Shown here: in pieces, positions 1-9,725 of the stretch
How the letters are laid out: each line of letters starts with the position of its first letter
How positions within the stretch are numbered: position 1 is the first letter of the stretch
Assembly: GCA_037446635.1 (NCBI GenBank)
Contig: JBBIIG010000025.1
Location: forward strand, 1-58,334
DNA: 58,334 bases
From: a bacterium
GTDB lineage: Bacteria; Zhuqueibacterota; Zhuqueibacteria; Oceanimicrobiales; Oceanimicrobiaceae
Reading direction: 5' to 3'
Notes under the pieces: generated by a model
Told to the model about the DNA's origin: nothing
Databases searched by the model: none
Seen by the model: only the letters and a program-made list of their open reading frames with translations
Program-made: the position numbers and the translations under genes

Positions 1-1
1 G

Positions 2-3000
2 TGTTGTTCGAGATGTTCTGATACTGTGCGGATGGAGGTGGCGCAGATGTTGAAGCCGGAACCGCCCTTCACCGGCGGCGCGTCGAATCGCGTTTGTTGG
101 TTTCCGTTTCACGATGCCAGCTCGGAGCTTTTTTCCTTTCCAGCGTCGGGATTAAAAATCGCGCAGCGGAACAGCCGATCGCAAAGCGATGAGGATTGTC
201 ACGTGATTGAAAACTTAGCAGAGGGGGTTCGCTACGGCTATTATTTGCAATCAACCTTTCTCCGCGATGGACAGCTCATGACCATACTCTCCGACACCGT
301 TTACTCCACCCAGGACAACTCCTCGCCGCCGCCTGTGAGCCTCAACGATTTTTCGGTCAGCGGCGCCGGCGACGTGACGCTGCGTTGGCGACCGCCCACC
401 GACGAGATTAGCTACATCGACAAATATATCTTAAATCGGAAGGGCGCTTCTCAAACAAATTTTTCTGCCATCGACACCTTGTCGGTTTTTCCGGTCACCA
501 ACATCGCTCCCCAAAATTATTATCCGGTCCGCATCTCCACCAGCGAAGCCATCTACTTGGATGAGACGGTGACCCTGCTGGGGGTGTCTAATTTACTGCA
601 AGGCGCGGCGATGATTAAAACCGCCGTGGCCGACCGCTGGTCTGAGCCGGAGGCATTTCTTTCTTTTAATCTTGAAGCGCCGGCCAAGATTTACATCGCT
701 TTTGACAAGCACACCATCAAGCCCACCTGGTTGGAAAGAAATTTTCGCACCACTCGCATCAACGTTCGCACCAGCAAACATCCCGATTCCCGGCTGCGGC
801 TTTGGGAAAGTCGAGAGACCTACCAGCCAGGCTTAGTTACTTTGGGCGGTAATTTTTCCGAAGTGCAGGGCCTGCCCTTCGATGCGCCGGAGATGTACGT
901 GGCGTTCATTCAGCCCGTGGGCGGGGCGTTCCCTTACGCCATCGATGGTTTGCTTAGTTATAGCGATACGCTGGGCGTGGCCAGCGACCAGCAAATATTT
1001 CAGTACCGCATCGATGCCATAGACGCCGCTGGCAACGTGAGCGAGGGCGCGGATTCGCCGCTGGTGATTTTGGATTTGCACGGCCGCTGCCGTCCGAACA
1101 TCGCCAACTGGTTTGCTTTCCGCAACCAGGCGGGGAAGGAGTTTGGCAAGGGAGTGTCAAACTCCATTTGTATTCAAGATCCGACGACCCAAGCGGAGTG
1201 CGTCGGGTTTCGCAATAGTGACTCCCTGCGTTTTCAGGCCGCGCGCCAAAACCCCGGACTTTTTGAGATTCACCGTGAGGAGGATGTCGGGGCCGTCTTT
1301 TTTGACAGCGGCTGGATCGCCGCCGCAGATTTGCCGGCGCCGCTCTGTTTCGAGTTCAATCTCCTGCCGTCCGGTCGCGACGCCAATTTTGTTAACGGTC
1401 AAACTTACTATTACCGGGTGCAGGCCAAAGACGTTCACGGCAACCTGAGCGCCTGGTCGGACACCGTTTCCGCGGTTCAAGATGCGTTCCCACCGGAGGA
1501 CATTCGCAGCCTGCGGGCGCAGAATGAAATTTTTCCGGATCAACAAAATGGCTGCGTCGCTCTGACCTGGCTGCCGGCCGCCGATCCCGTCAGCGGCGTG
1601 GGGCAGTACTATATTTACCGCAGCGACGACGGCGTTGTTTTTTCAGTCATCGACTCGCTTGCCGCCGAGCAGACCAGTTACTGCGATTCGCTGTCGAGCA
1701 TCGCGGCCAATCGCATCGTTCATTATAAAGTGGTGGCCGCCGACCGCGTGGGCAACCGCCGCCGTCTCGAAGATTCAGATCAAATCGTGACTCTGCGGGC
1801 GCTGGTGGGGCCGCACATCGAGTTGACGGACACGCCGACCATCGAGTGTCCTCCTGGTGTTGTGGCCGTGAAGAACGACACCGTCTTTGTGCGCTGGCCG
1901 GATTTCGATAATACCGGCGTCGCTCACTACGAGTTCGAGATCGCCGCGCCGGCGCAGCAGACCACCACGATCGATCTTTCACCCGGCAGCGTCAATCAAG
2001 CGGCCGTTCCGTTAACCGGCGTCGATGGTTTTTACACCTTGCGGCTGCGGGCCTTTTACATCGATGGCAGTTCGACGATTTACTCCAACCAATTGACCCT
2101 CCGCAAAAAAACTGCTTTGCCGCAGGTGCAGCTCCAGGTGCAACAGGACAGCCAGCCCACGGGCAACATTTTGCTTTCGTGGTTTCACCCCGACGGCGAC
2201 GAAATTGTCCAGTTTCAAATTTTTCACTGGGTGGAAGGCCAAAGTCCGCCGCCGCAGCCCACCATCGTGTTTCCGGGCGACAGCCTGCGCTGGGTTCACC
2301 GGTTTATCGAGGACGATCTTCTGGCGTACCAATGCAATAACTACGTGATCAAAGCCGTCGATTGTTTGGGGCTGGTTTCGGCGGGCGAACCGCCGGCGGC
2401 GCAGTACTCGAATCGCCCGCCGGTTTTCGATGCGACGCAAACGGCGATCGCTTCCGACGACATCACCGTGTGCTGGCAGCGCCCGGCGCCGCGGCGCAAC
2501 CAAGACGGCGCGTTCGAAGCGGAAGTCACCGTCTTCCGGGATTCCCTAAATTCGACGCCGCTGTTGCAGCAGCGCGTGCTCAACAAAACCTGCTTTACGC
2601 TGTTCGACGCCGCGCCCCGCCACAATTACATTTTTCAGGTGCGCGAAATCCTGCTGGAAAATTCCGGCCAAGCCTGCGCCGACAGTTTGATTAGCGGAGT
2701 CTCCACCCCGCTGATTGTTCCGCTCGACAATTTCCCGCCGCCGGTGGCGTTTGACATTCAGGCGCAGCCCGTTCCTCCCACTGCCAGCACCGGCGAAGTC
2801 TTTTTAAGTTGGCAGGGTTACCCCGGCCGCAACATCAGCCGCTTTCTGGTGACGTGGTCGGTGGTTGGTGAGACCAGCGAAGATTCGTTGACGATATTTG
2901 AAGGCGACACCGCCCGCGTCGGCGGACTGAGCATCGCCGAGAGCTATCGCTTTTCAGTTATTGCTCTCGACAATCTGGGGCAGCTTTCGCAAGACAACCC

Positions 3001-4297
3001 GTCCAAAACAGTCGATTTTAAACCGCGCTGGCTTTTCACTCCGAAGATTAAAAGCTTCAACCCCAGTTGCTTCCGCGACAGCGTGACGGTCCAGTGGCAC
3101 TGGGTGGACGAAAACGGCCAGGAGGCGAACAGCCAATTCGGCGCGGACAGCATCATCGTCGAGCTAAGCATCGACCCTAATTTCGAGTTCAGAAAATCCA
3201 CCACCCGCCTCGATTTGCGGACCGAGTTTCTGTTCCGGCGCAGCGAGCACTACCCGTTCGTCAACAATCAGAACAACCAACTTCACGCACGCATTCGCGC
3301 CAAAGATCGCTGGAATCACTCGTCGCCGTGGTCAACAGACTATCCGGAGCTGGGGTCGCTTTCTGAAACCTACGATGAAATTCCACCGTCGCCCACCGCA
3401 GTGGCGATCGATTCCACCAAAGCCCCGATTTTTGGCGGGCAGCAAGAGTTGAATGTGTTTTTGAGTTGGCCGGAGGCGAGCGACAATTGCAGCGGCGTGT
3501 GGTTTTATGAAATTGTGCGCAACAGCGAGGTGATCGGCCGCGACACCAGCCGCGTCGCCAAGCACCAGTTTGTTGACCGCCGCTTGCCGATCGACGAGGG
3601 GCTGCTGGACATTCGCTGGAGTGTGCACGCCGTCGATCGCGCCGGCAACCGACAGGCCGTCGCTACCTCTGTGGGCATTCCGTTTATGCTTTCGCCGCCA
3701 ATCGCTGCCCAGTGCACCAATGACACCACTTTGTGCTGGAGCCCGACCGAGCTTGGCGCCGAATCGATTTTTTATTTTGTCGAAGGCGCCCGCTTCGTGG
3801 AGTTGTTCGGCAACCCGGAAACCAACATTCTCGCCGGACCGCTCACCGAGACCTGCCTGAATTTTTCGGTGCCGTGGGAGACGATTTACTGGCGTATCAA
3901 AGCGCGGGTGCAAAATTTTGAAAGCGCGTGGTCGGATACGTTTTTCTGCGCCCTCAACCCGCAGCAGTTGGCGTCCGTTCTTGGCGGCGCGACAAATTCT
4001 TTGCCTAACGTTTTCGAGCTCCATCAAAATTATCCGAATCCATTTAATCCGGCAACCACCATCCGTTTTGCGATTCCATTTAGCGCGGATCGGGATGGTC
4101 GCGTCCTGCTGGAAATTTATAATATCGCCGGCCAGAAAATCCGCACGCTGGTGGATGAGCCGCGCGGCCCGGGCGAGTACTCGGTGGTTTGGGATGGCCG
4201 CGACGACCAGGGCCGACCGGTCGGCAGCGGCGTGTTCGTGTATCGCATGCGCGCCAACAATTTTGTGGCCACACGCAAAATGATTTTTTTGAAGTGA
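2..4297 (+). CDS. Large secreted Cys-rich FN3/Ig-repeat protein with C-terminal FlgD-Ig/T9SS type-A-like sorting domain (5'-truncated)
   Basis: Frame is open to the window edge. FN3-like segments (VTLRWRPP, YYYRVQAKDVHGNLSAWS, VALTWLPAAD). C-terminus HQNYPNPFNPATTIRF...LEIYNIAGQKIRTLVD...WDGRDDQGRPVGSGVFVYRM...RKMIFLK. Confidence 0.85.
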   Translation, partial: CCSRCSDTVRMEVAQMLKPEPPFTGGASNRVCWFPFHDASSELFSFPASGLKIAQRNSRSQSDEDCHVIENLAEGVRYGYYLQSTFLRDGQLMTILSDTVYSTQDNSSPPPVSLNDFSVSGAGDVTLRWRPPTDEISYIDKYILNRKGASQTNFSAIDTLSVFPVTNIAPQNYYPVRISTSEAIYLDETVTLLGVSNLLQGAAMIKTAVADRWSEPEAFLSFNLEAPAKIYIAFDKHTIKPTWLERNFRTTRINVRTSKHPDSRLRLWESRETYQPGLVTLGGNFSEVQGLPFDAPEMYVAFIQPVGGAFPYAIDGLLSYSDTLGVASDQQIFQYRIDAIDAAGNVSEGADSPLVILDLHGRCRPNIANWFAFRNQAGKEFGKGVSNSICIQDPTTQAECVGFRNSDSLRFQAARQNPGLFEIHREEDVGAVFFDSGWIAAADLPAPLCFEFNLLPSGRDANFVNGQTYYYRVQAKDVHGNLSAWSDTVSAVQDAFPPEDIRSLRAQNEIFPDQQNGCVALTWLPAADPVSGVGQYYIYRSDDGVVFSVIDSLAAEQTSYCDSLSSIAANRIVHYKVVAADRVGNRRRLEDSDQIVTLRALVGPHIELTDTPTIECPPGVVAVKNDTVFVRWPDFDNTGVAHYEFEIAAPAQQTTTIDLSPGSVNQAAVPLTGVDGFYTLRLRAFYIDGSSTIYSNQLTLRKKTALPQVQLQVQQDSQPTGNILLSWFHPDGDEIVQFQIFHWVEGQSPPPQPTIVFPGDSLRWVHRFIEDDLLAYQCNNYVIKAVDCLGLVSAGEPPAAQYSNRPPVFDATQTAIASDDITVCWQRPAPRRNQDGAFEAEVTVFRDSLNSTPLLQQRVLNKTCFTLFDAAPRHNYIFQVREILLENSGQACADSLISGVSTPLIVPLDNFPPPVAFDIQAQPVPPTASTGEVFLSWQGYPGRNISRFLVTWSVVGETSEDSLTIFEGDTARVGGLSIAESYRFSVIALDNLGQLSQDNPSKTVDFKPRWLFTPKIKSFNPSCFRDSVTVQWHWVDENGQEANSQFGADSIIVELSIDPNFEFRKSTTRLDLRTEFLFRRSEHYPFVNNQNNQLHARIRAKDRWNHSSPWSTDYPELGSLSETYDEIPPSPTAVAIDSTKAPIFGGQQELNVFLSWPEASDNCSGVWFYEIVRNSEVIGRDTSRVAKHQFVDRRLPIDEGLLDIRWSVHAVDRAGNRQAVATSVGIPFMLSPPIAAQCTNDTTLCWSPTELGAESIFYFVEGARFVELFGNPETNILAGPLTETCLNFSVPWETIYWRIKARVQNFESAWSDTFFCALNPQQLASVLGGATNSLPNVFELHQNYPNPFNPATTIRFAIPFSADRDGRVLLEIYNIAGQKIRTLVDEPRGPGEYSVVWDGRDDQGRPVGSGVFVYRMRANNFVATRKMIFLK

Positions 4298-4330
4298 CAG
4301 TGAGCCAGCTTGCAAAATGGAGGGGCGGAG

Positions 4331-7291
4331 TTGAGTAGAAACCGTTTGACAGTTTCTATTTTCGTCGGGTTGATCTGTCTTTTTCAAACCGTTTCACGAC
4401 CGACTCTTGCGCAGACTCAGAGCGAGGTTTGGCCGCCGCTGCCAGATTTTATTCAGGCGCTCAACTTCGACGCCTGCATTGCGGACGCGCCGGCGCCGGC
4501 GCTGCGCCTCGAGCCGCGCTTCACCCGCGGCGCCCGCAACGTCATCGCCATTGAACTGCCGCCGCTTTCCGCCCTGCCGTTTCCGCCGGATACCGTCCGC
4601 AACCCCATCGTCATCACTTTGGTGGGCGATGGCCAACCGCCGCTGAAATTTCCGCGCCCGGTTCAGCTTGGGGCTGACGCGCCGATTTTGGAAACGATCA
4701 CGGCTTTGAAAAACGCGGTTCGTTATTACTACACCACCGCGCTGTTTTTACCGGTGTGCAAAGTTCCCTGTTCGGCGGTCGCCGACACCAGTCAATTGGA
4801 GCTGCACTGCAGCGCCTACGAGGACACCGTGTGGTCCACTCAGGACGCCGCGCCGCCGTCGGTCGCCAACGTCGTCATTCCACAATTGAATTCCTCGCCG
4901 GTTACGGGCTGGTGGAATCAATCGGCCTTTGAAATTCGCGCCGACGTCAGCGATCCCGCCGGCGTCTGGCAGGCGTTTTTGTATCGGCGCGAATGTTCTC
5001 AAAATGAGTGGAAGGCGGCAGTCCTCGACACCACCTTCCCCAGCCGGCTCGATTCGTTGGGATTTATTTTTGAAGAGACCACCCAAGCGCGCTTTAGGCA
5101 AACGTTAGCCGATGGCTGCTACGAGTTTCGCCTCGAAGCCAAAGACGCGACCCACACCCCGGAGAGCTTCGCCCCGAATTTTGTGCTGGCCGGCAACGGC
5201 GGCCTGCCCGCCCTGGATGCCGTGCCGCAGATTCGCATCAGCATCGATACCACGCCGCCGGACAGCGTGACCTTAAGCGCCCGGCAAATACTGAACGCCA
5301 TCGAATTAAGCTGGAACGTCCCAGGCGATCCGTCTCCCGGAATTGGGCTGGCGGGATATCGCATTTACCGCAACGGCGAGCTGCGCGACGAGATCTCAGG
5401 CGGAGAGAACTCCTACAGCGATTCGTTTGCAGTGGATTCGCCCACGGCGGTGTTCGAGTACCAAATCCAGCCCTTTGATTCTTTGGGGAACGTCCAAGCC
5501 GCCGGCGGTCGCGCCCAAATCGAATTCATCGGCGTTCCCAAAATTACGATGATTCCCGAACCCGAATTTACCCCCGGCGCCGAAAACCAGATTTGTTGGG
5601 TCGGCTCGTCGGCCGTGGATTCCTACTCCGTTTATGTTGCGGAGAACTGCGAACCGGCCCAAAAAATCAAATTTGATACTGCGGACACCTGTTTCACCTT
5701 CAGCGGCTTGCAGGACGGCACTGCCTATTGCTACTGGGTGGAAGCCGTCGATCGCCAAATGCGGCCGCTGCTTTCTGACACCGTGCGCTCCACCCAGGAT
5801 GCCAGCCCGCCGGCGATCGCGCGGCTCGAAATCGAAAATCCCATCGTCATCAACGGTCGCAATTGGCTGACGCGTCGTGAGGTAGAAATTCGACTGAGCG
5901 CTGACGATCCCCCGCCGGGGCGAATGCAGTCCATCAAAATTTTTGAAAACGCTCAACTGGTCGCGGCACTGGCGCCGCCGGCTGAAACTGGGTCAGTGGA
6001 GATGATCATCCCAATTACGCTCGCTTCGGCCGAGTGCGAGGAAATTGCCATCCGCGCGCTGGTGGAAGACCGCGCCGGCAACGTCAGCGTGCCGGAATTT
6101 TTTAGACTGAAATTAGATGCGACGCCGCCTCCGCCGCCCAGCAACTTGAGCGCGAGTCAGCTCGCCCGCGCCAACGCCGTTCGCTTAATTTGGGACGCGG
6201 CGCCGGAAGCCGCGGGCTGCAGCGGTTTAGCGGGCTACCGCATTTTGCGGGATGGCGCCGAGATTTTCCGCGCTCATGCCGACAGCACCGGCTACACAGA
6301 TGTGCTCGCCAGCACCACCCCCAGCGGGCGAATCGCTTACGCGGTGCAACCATTCGATTCGTTGCAAAACCTTCAGCTCGCGGGCTTGCCCGTTGAAATC
6401 GATTATCAGGCCGCGCCCACCATCGCCGTGCAGGCGCTGCCGGAGTTTACCCCCGGCCTGCGTGCTGAAATTTGCTGGCAGGTTCTCGGCGAGTTGGTTG
6501 CATTGAAATTGTTTGTCGATGGCGGCTGCGACAGCAGTGTCGATCAAGCGGTCGAAATTGCCAACCCGGCGGCGGCCAGTGGATGCCAGCTGCTCGGGGG
6601 CTTGGCCGATGGCCAGCGCTACTGTTATTGGCTGCAGGGCATGGACGCCCAGCAGCGCACGGTGTTTTCCGACACGGTGTTTTCCACTCAGGACGCCACG
6701 CCGCCGCGGATCGATGCGTTCGCCTTTCCCGCCGGCGAGTCGTTGAACGGACAAACCTGGGCGTTCTCTCGCACCATCGAACTGCAAATTGTGGCGCACG
6801 ACGCGCCGCCGGGAGAAATCTGGCGCGTTGAAATTGTCGAAAATAATTCTTTGCCGATCTCATTCAGCAACCCGGATTCCTCGGCGCAGATGAACCGGCG
6901 TTTTACTTACAACATTCTCAATCGGGAAACGCAGCCCGCCGCGGTCAATTTGCAAGTGCGGGTTTTTGACGGCGCCGGCAACGCCAGCGCCGAGGCGCCG
7001 CTCAGCCTGCTTTTTCAGGACCAGGCGCCGGGCATCTATGCTTACCCCAATCCTTTCAACCCAATGAAGGGGGAGACGATCATCCGCGTGAGCGACCCCA
7101 ACGAGTCGGAGGTGAAGATTTACGATTTCTTCGGAAATTTAGTGCAAACGTTGACGGACAAAGAAAACAGCCGCGATTTTAAATGGAACGGTCGCAACGG
7201 CGACGGCGAGCTGGTGGCCAACGGCGGCTACATTTGCATCGGCAGCCGAACCAAAGCGCGCTTTAAAATTGGCGTGGTGAAAAAGAATTAG
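4331..7291 (+). CDS. Secreted FN3-repeat protein with C-terminal FlgD-Ig/T9SS-like sorting domain (second CTD subtype)
   Basis: ORF 4310-7291; TTG at 4331 follows GGAGG/GGAG. Signal-peptide-like N-terminus. FN3 motifs (ELSWNVPGD..LAGYRIYRNG). C-terminus YAYPNPFNP...KIYDFFGNLVQTL...WNGRNGDGELVANGGY...KIGVVKKN. Confidence 0.82.
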   Translation: MSRNRLTVSIFVGLICLFQTVSRPTLAQTQSEVWPPLPDFIQALNFDACIADAPAPALRLEPRFTRGARNVIAIELPPLSALPFPPDTVRNPIVITLVGDGQPPLKFPRPVQLGADAPILETITALKNAVRYYYTTALFLPVCKVPCSAVADTSQLELHCSAYEDTVWSTQDAAPPSVANVVIPQLNSSPVTGWWNQSAFEIRADVSDPAGVWQAFLYRRECSQNEWKAAVLDTTFPSRLDSLGFIFEETTQARFRQTLADGCYEFRLEAKDATHTPESFAPNFVLAGNGGLPALDAVPQIRISIDTTPPDSVTLSARQILNAIELSWNVPGDPSPGIGLAGYRIYRNGELRDEISGGENSYSDSFAVDSPTAVFEYQIQPFDSLGNVQAAGGRAQIEFIGVPKITMIPEPEFTPGAENQICWVGSSAVDSYSVYVAENCEPAQKIKFDTADTCFTFSGLQDGTAYCYWVEAVDRQMRPLLSDTVRSTQDASPPAIARLEIENPIVINGRNWLTRREVEIRLSADDPPPGRMQSIKIFENAQLVAALAPPAETGSVEMIIPITLASAECEEIAIRALVEDRAGNVSVPEFFRLKLDATPPPPPSNLSASQLARANAVRLIWDAAPEAAGCSGLAGYRILRDGAEIFRAHADSTGYTDVLASTTPSGRIAYAVQPFDSLQNLQLAGLPVEIDYQAAPTIAVQALPEFTPGLRAEICWQVLGELVALKLFVDGGCDSSVDQAVEIANPAAASGCQLLGGLADGQRYCYWLQGMDAQQRTVFSDTVFSTQDATPPRIDAFAFPAGESLNGQTWAFSRTIELQIVAHDAPPGEIWRVEIVENNSLPISFSNPDSSAQMNRRFTYNILNRETQPAAVNLQVRVFDGAGNASAEAPLSLLFQDQAPGIYAYPNPFNPMKGETIIRVSDPNESEVKIYDFFGNLVQTLTDKENSRDFKWNGRNGDGELVANGGYICIGSRTKARFKIGVVKKN

Positions 7292-7300
7292 TTACGAGTC

Positions 7301-7424
7301 GCAAAGCGCAGAGCGCATAGAGCTCTTTGAGGAGCAGGTACCGCGAACATGAAGAGCGAACAGCGTAAAGCGTGGAGCGCAAATTCGCTCTACGCGCTTC
7401 GCTCTACGTTTTCGTTCTACGTTT
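7301..7424. repeat. Inverted arrays of degenerate 7-mers (AGAGCG/CGCTCT type), hairpin-forming intergenic element
   Basis: agagcgaacagcgtaaagcgtggagcgc followed by cgctctacgcgcttcgctctacgttttcgttctacg. Confidence 0.6.
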
Positions 7425-7483
7425 CCAGATAACGCAAACAAATGTTTTTGAAACAGAGCACTAAGTAAAGCGAATCAGGTGCG

Positions 7484-9559
7484 ATGCGAAACGGTTGGAT
7501 GATTTTTCTTTTGATTGGGCACGTGATGTTTGCCGGCAAACTGACGGCGCAGGGAAGCGCCGGTCAGGCCGGCGAATTTCTCCGTTTCGGAGTGGGCGCG
7601 AAAGCGCTGGGACTGGGCCGCGCCTTCACCTCCGTTGCTGACGACGCCAGCGCGCCCTATTGGAATCCGGCGGGGCTCTCGGCGCTCTCCCGCAGCGGCG
7701 GCGCGTTCATGTTCATGTACCTGCCGCTGAAGCAGGGGGCGTCGTTCAATTACCTGGCGGGCGGCATCCCGCTGCGTTTGTTTTTTGTGAAATCCAACAC
7801 CCACAACCCCTTTCTGAATTTCGTGCAGGATTTGAATATTGGCGTCGGTTTTCTTTGGCATTCGTTGGGCGATTTTCAATTTTATGATGACAGCGGTCGC
7901 CAGAGCGAGGCCTCGCAGACCGCCATTTCGCAATCGGCGTTGTACGTTTCCGTTTCGTATCCTCTGCATCAGCTTTTGAAGGGCAAGAAATTTTTGAGCT
8001 GGGGGAAATTTCTGCGCGGAAATTTCGATCTCGGCCTAACCTCGAAATTCGTGCGCTCGAATTTGTTTGGGGAAGGCGGCGGCGCCACCAGTTTCGATTT
8101 GGGATTTAAATACAGCCACCACTCCGGCGCCGTCAATTTGGGATTGACGATTCGCGATTTGAACCAGGCCAGCATTTCGTACGGCAGCGGCGTCGCCGCC
8201 GATAAAATTCCCGTCAATGGCGCGCTGGGGATTTCCGTGCGTCCGCCGTTCGGCCGGCTGCGCGGGCTGCTGCTGGCGTTCGATTACGGCGTCATCGCGC
8301 CGGGGCGGCGCAGCCACGATCGCATGTTTGGCCTCGAATACGATCTTTCGGTTTTGCGCGCGGACTTGCCCATCAAGCTGCGGCTGGGCGCCAATTCCAA
8401 TCACGAGGCCATCACCTTCGGCGTCAACTTCAGTCCGGAAACCCTGCTGGAGCGCGATTGGCTGCCCTCCGCGGATTGGACGTACGCCAACGACCGCAGC
8501 GCCTTCGACGCCACCGGCGCGCGTTTTTCCTTTTCGGTGGATCACAACCCCTTTACCGCCCGGTATTGGTATTTCAGAGCCATGGCCGGGGGCAGCAATT
8601 TTGAACAGCTCGCCAATCGCGAACAAACGCTTCGCTACTTGCAAAACGCCCAGCAGGCGAAAAATCCCGGCGGCCGCGCCTATCGCTACGAGGCGGCGCT
8701 GCGCCTGGCGGACGTGGAATTCGTTTCCGCGATTGCGGAGCTGCTCAACAGCAGCCAGCAGAGTTCCCTCGATAACAAAAATTCGGCGAAACACTTCGAG
8801 CGCATCGGCGAGTTGTTTACCAAACGCGCCCATCCTCTGCTGCAGGCCGATTTCGGCAAATCCGCCGTGGACAGCGCCGCCTACTGCCGATCGTTCGCTT
8901 ACTTCGTGCAAAGCCTGATTCTCGCCGCCAACTATGACGACGCCATTCAAGCCTGCGCAGACAGCGGCCAATCGTGGGGCAAGCGCATCAACGTTTTTTA
9001 TGAGCGCCCGGGCAACCACACCACGGAAACCGCGCCGCACGTTCACTACCTGCAGGCGTTTGCATTGTATATGAACCATTTCCAGCAGGATGCCATTAAC
9101 ATCGCCGCCGAAAAGTTAAGCGGATTTAGTCTGGCGCAGTACCTGCGGGGGCACATTTTATTTTTGCAGGGGGATTACCTGGGAGCGGCGGCGGAGCTGG
9201 AGGCGATTGATCTGAACGATTCGCACTTTCCGCCCGATCTCTTTTTGCCGCTGGCCAGTGACCGCCGCTTCGGTGACGAAATTCTTTTTCTGAAAGCCGC
9301 GGCGCTGTATAAAATTTCGCCGCACGCCGCCGGGCAATACATTGCCGAGTTCGCCAAAATTCCGCGATTTTTCCCGGATTCAGATATGGCAAAATTCTTA
9401 ACCAACGGGCCATCGCTTTTGGCAAGTCTGATGACGCATTTTGATAAGGGCGAGATCGAGCAGGCCGCGGCGTTGGTGGAAAAGATCATCGAGTCGTATC
9501 TAAAAGCTTTTTCCAGCGGCACGCTCAAAGAGGAGTCTTATACGTTTAACTTTAGATAG
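7484..9559 (+). CDS. PorV/PorQ (UPF0164, FadL-like) outer-membrane beta-barrel with ~330 aa helical/TPR-like C-terminal extension
   Basis: Signal peptide, then the family motif AGEFLRFGVGAKALGLGRAFTSVADDASAPYWNPAGL. Amphipathic strands (FDLGFKY, LRLGAN). Helical C-terminal half. Confidence 0.8.
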   Translation: MRNGWMIFLLIGHVMFAGKLTAQGSAGQAGEFLRFGVGAKALGLGRAFTSVADDASAPYWNPAGLSALSRSGGAFMFMYLPLKQGASFNYLAGGIPLRLFFVKSNTHNPFLNFVQDLNIGVGFLWHSLGDFQFYDDSGRQSEASQTAISQSALYVSVSYPLHQLLKGKKFLSWGKFLRGNFDLGLTSKFVRSNLFGEGGGATSFDLGFKYSHHSGAVNLGLTIRDLNQASISYGSGVAADKIPVNGALGISVRPPFGRLRGLLLAFDYGVIAPGRRSHDRMFGLEYDLSVLRADLPIKLRLGANSNHEAITFGVNFSPETLLERDWLPSADWTYANDRSAFDATGARFSFSVDHNPFTARYWYFRAMAGGSNFEQLANREQTLRYLQNAQQAKNPGGRAYRYEAALRLADVEFVSAIAELLNSSQQSSLDNKNSAKHFERIGELFTKRAHPLLQADFGKSAVDSAAYCRSFAYFVQSLILAANYDDAIQACADSGQSWGKRINVFYERPGNHTTETAPHVHYLQAFALYMNHFQQDAINIAAEKLSGFSLAQYLRGHILFLQGDYLGAAAELEAIDLNDSHFPPDLFLPLASDRRFGDEILFLKAAALYKISPHAAGQYIAEFAKIPRFFPDSDMAKFLTNGPSLLASLMTHFDKGEIEQAAALVEKIIESYLKAFSSGTLKEESYTFNFR

Positions 9560-9571
9560 CTAACTTTTCTA

Positions 9572-9687
9572 TTAGCGGCCTTTGCGCCAACTTTGCGTTC
9601 TCTGCGGTTAAAAAAATAGCTTTACGAATAGTTAAGTTTAGGATGTGAATTTCAGATTTGGTTCGGATTTTGAGATTCGAGTTTAGC
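9572..9687. repeat. Short degenerate repeat tracts (gcggcctttgcg..ctttgcgttctctgcggtt; ggattttgagattcgagttt)
   Basis: Periodic 7-10-mer motifs in the spacer between the PorV-like gene and exbB, similar to tracts at 56.0-56.6 kb and 57.4-57.6 kb. Confidence 0.45.
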
Positions 9688-9725
9688 TAATTAGAGGTAG
9701 TTGTAAATAATTGAGGTGTGCAGCT

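Noticed and set aside
3332..4387. 351 aa minus-strand ORF, and similar ones at 8036-9079, 18889-19779 and 10410-11138
   Set aside because: Antisense shadows of well-supported plus-strand genes in GC-rich DNA; no recognisable motifs.
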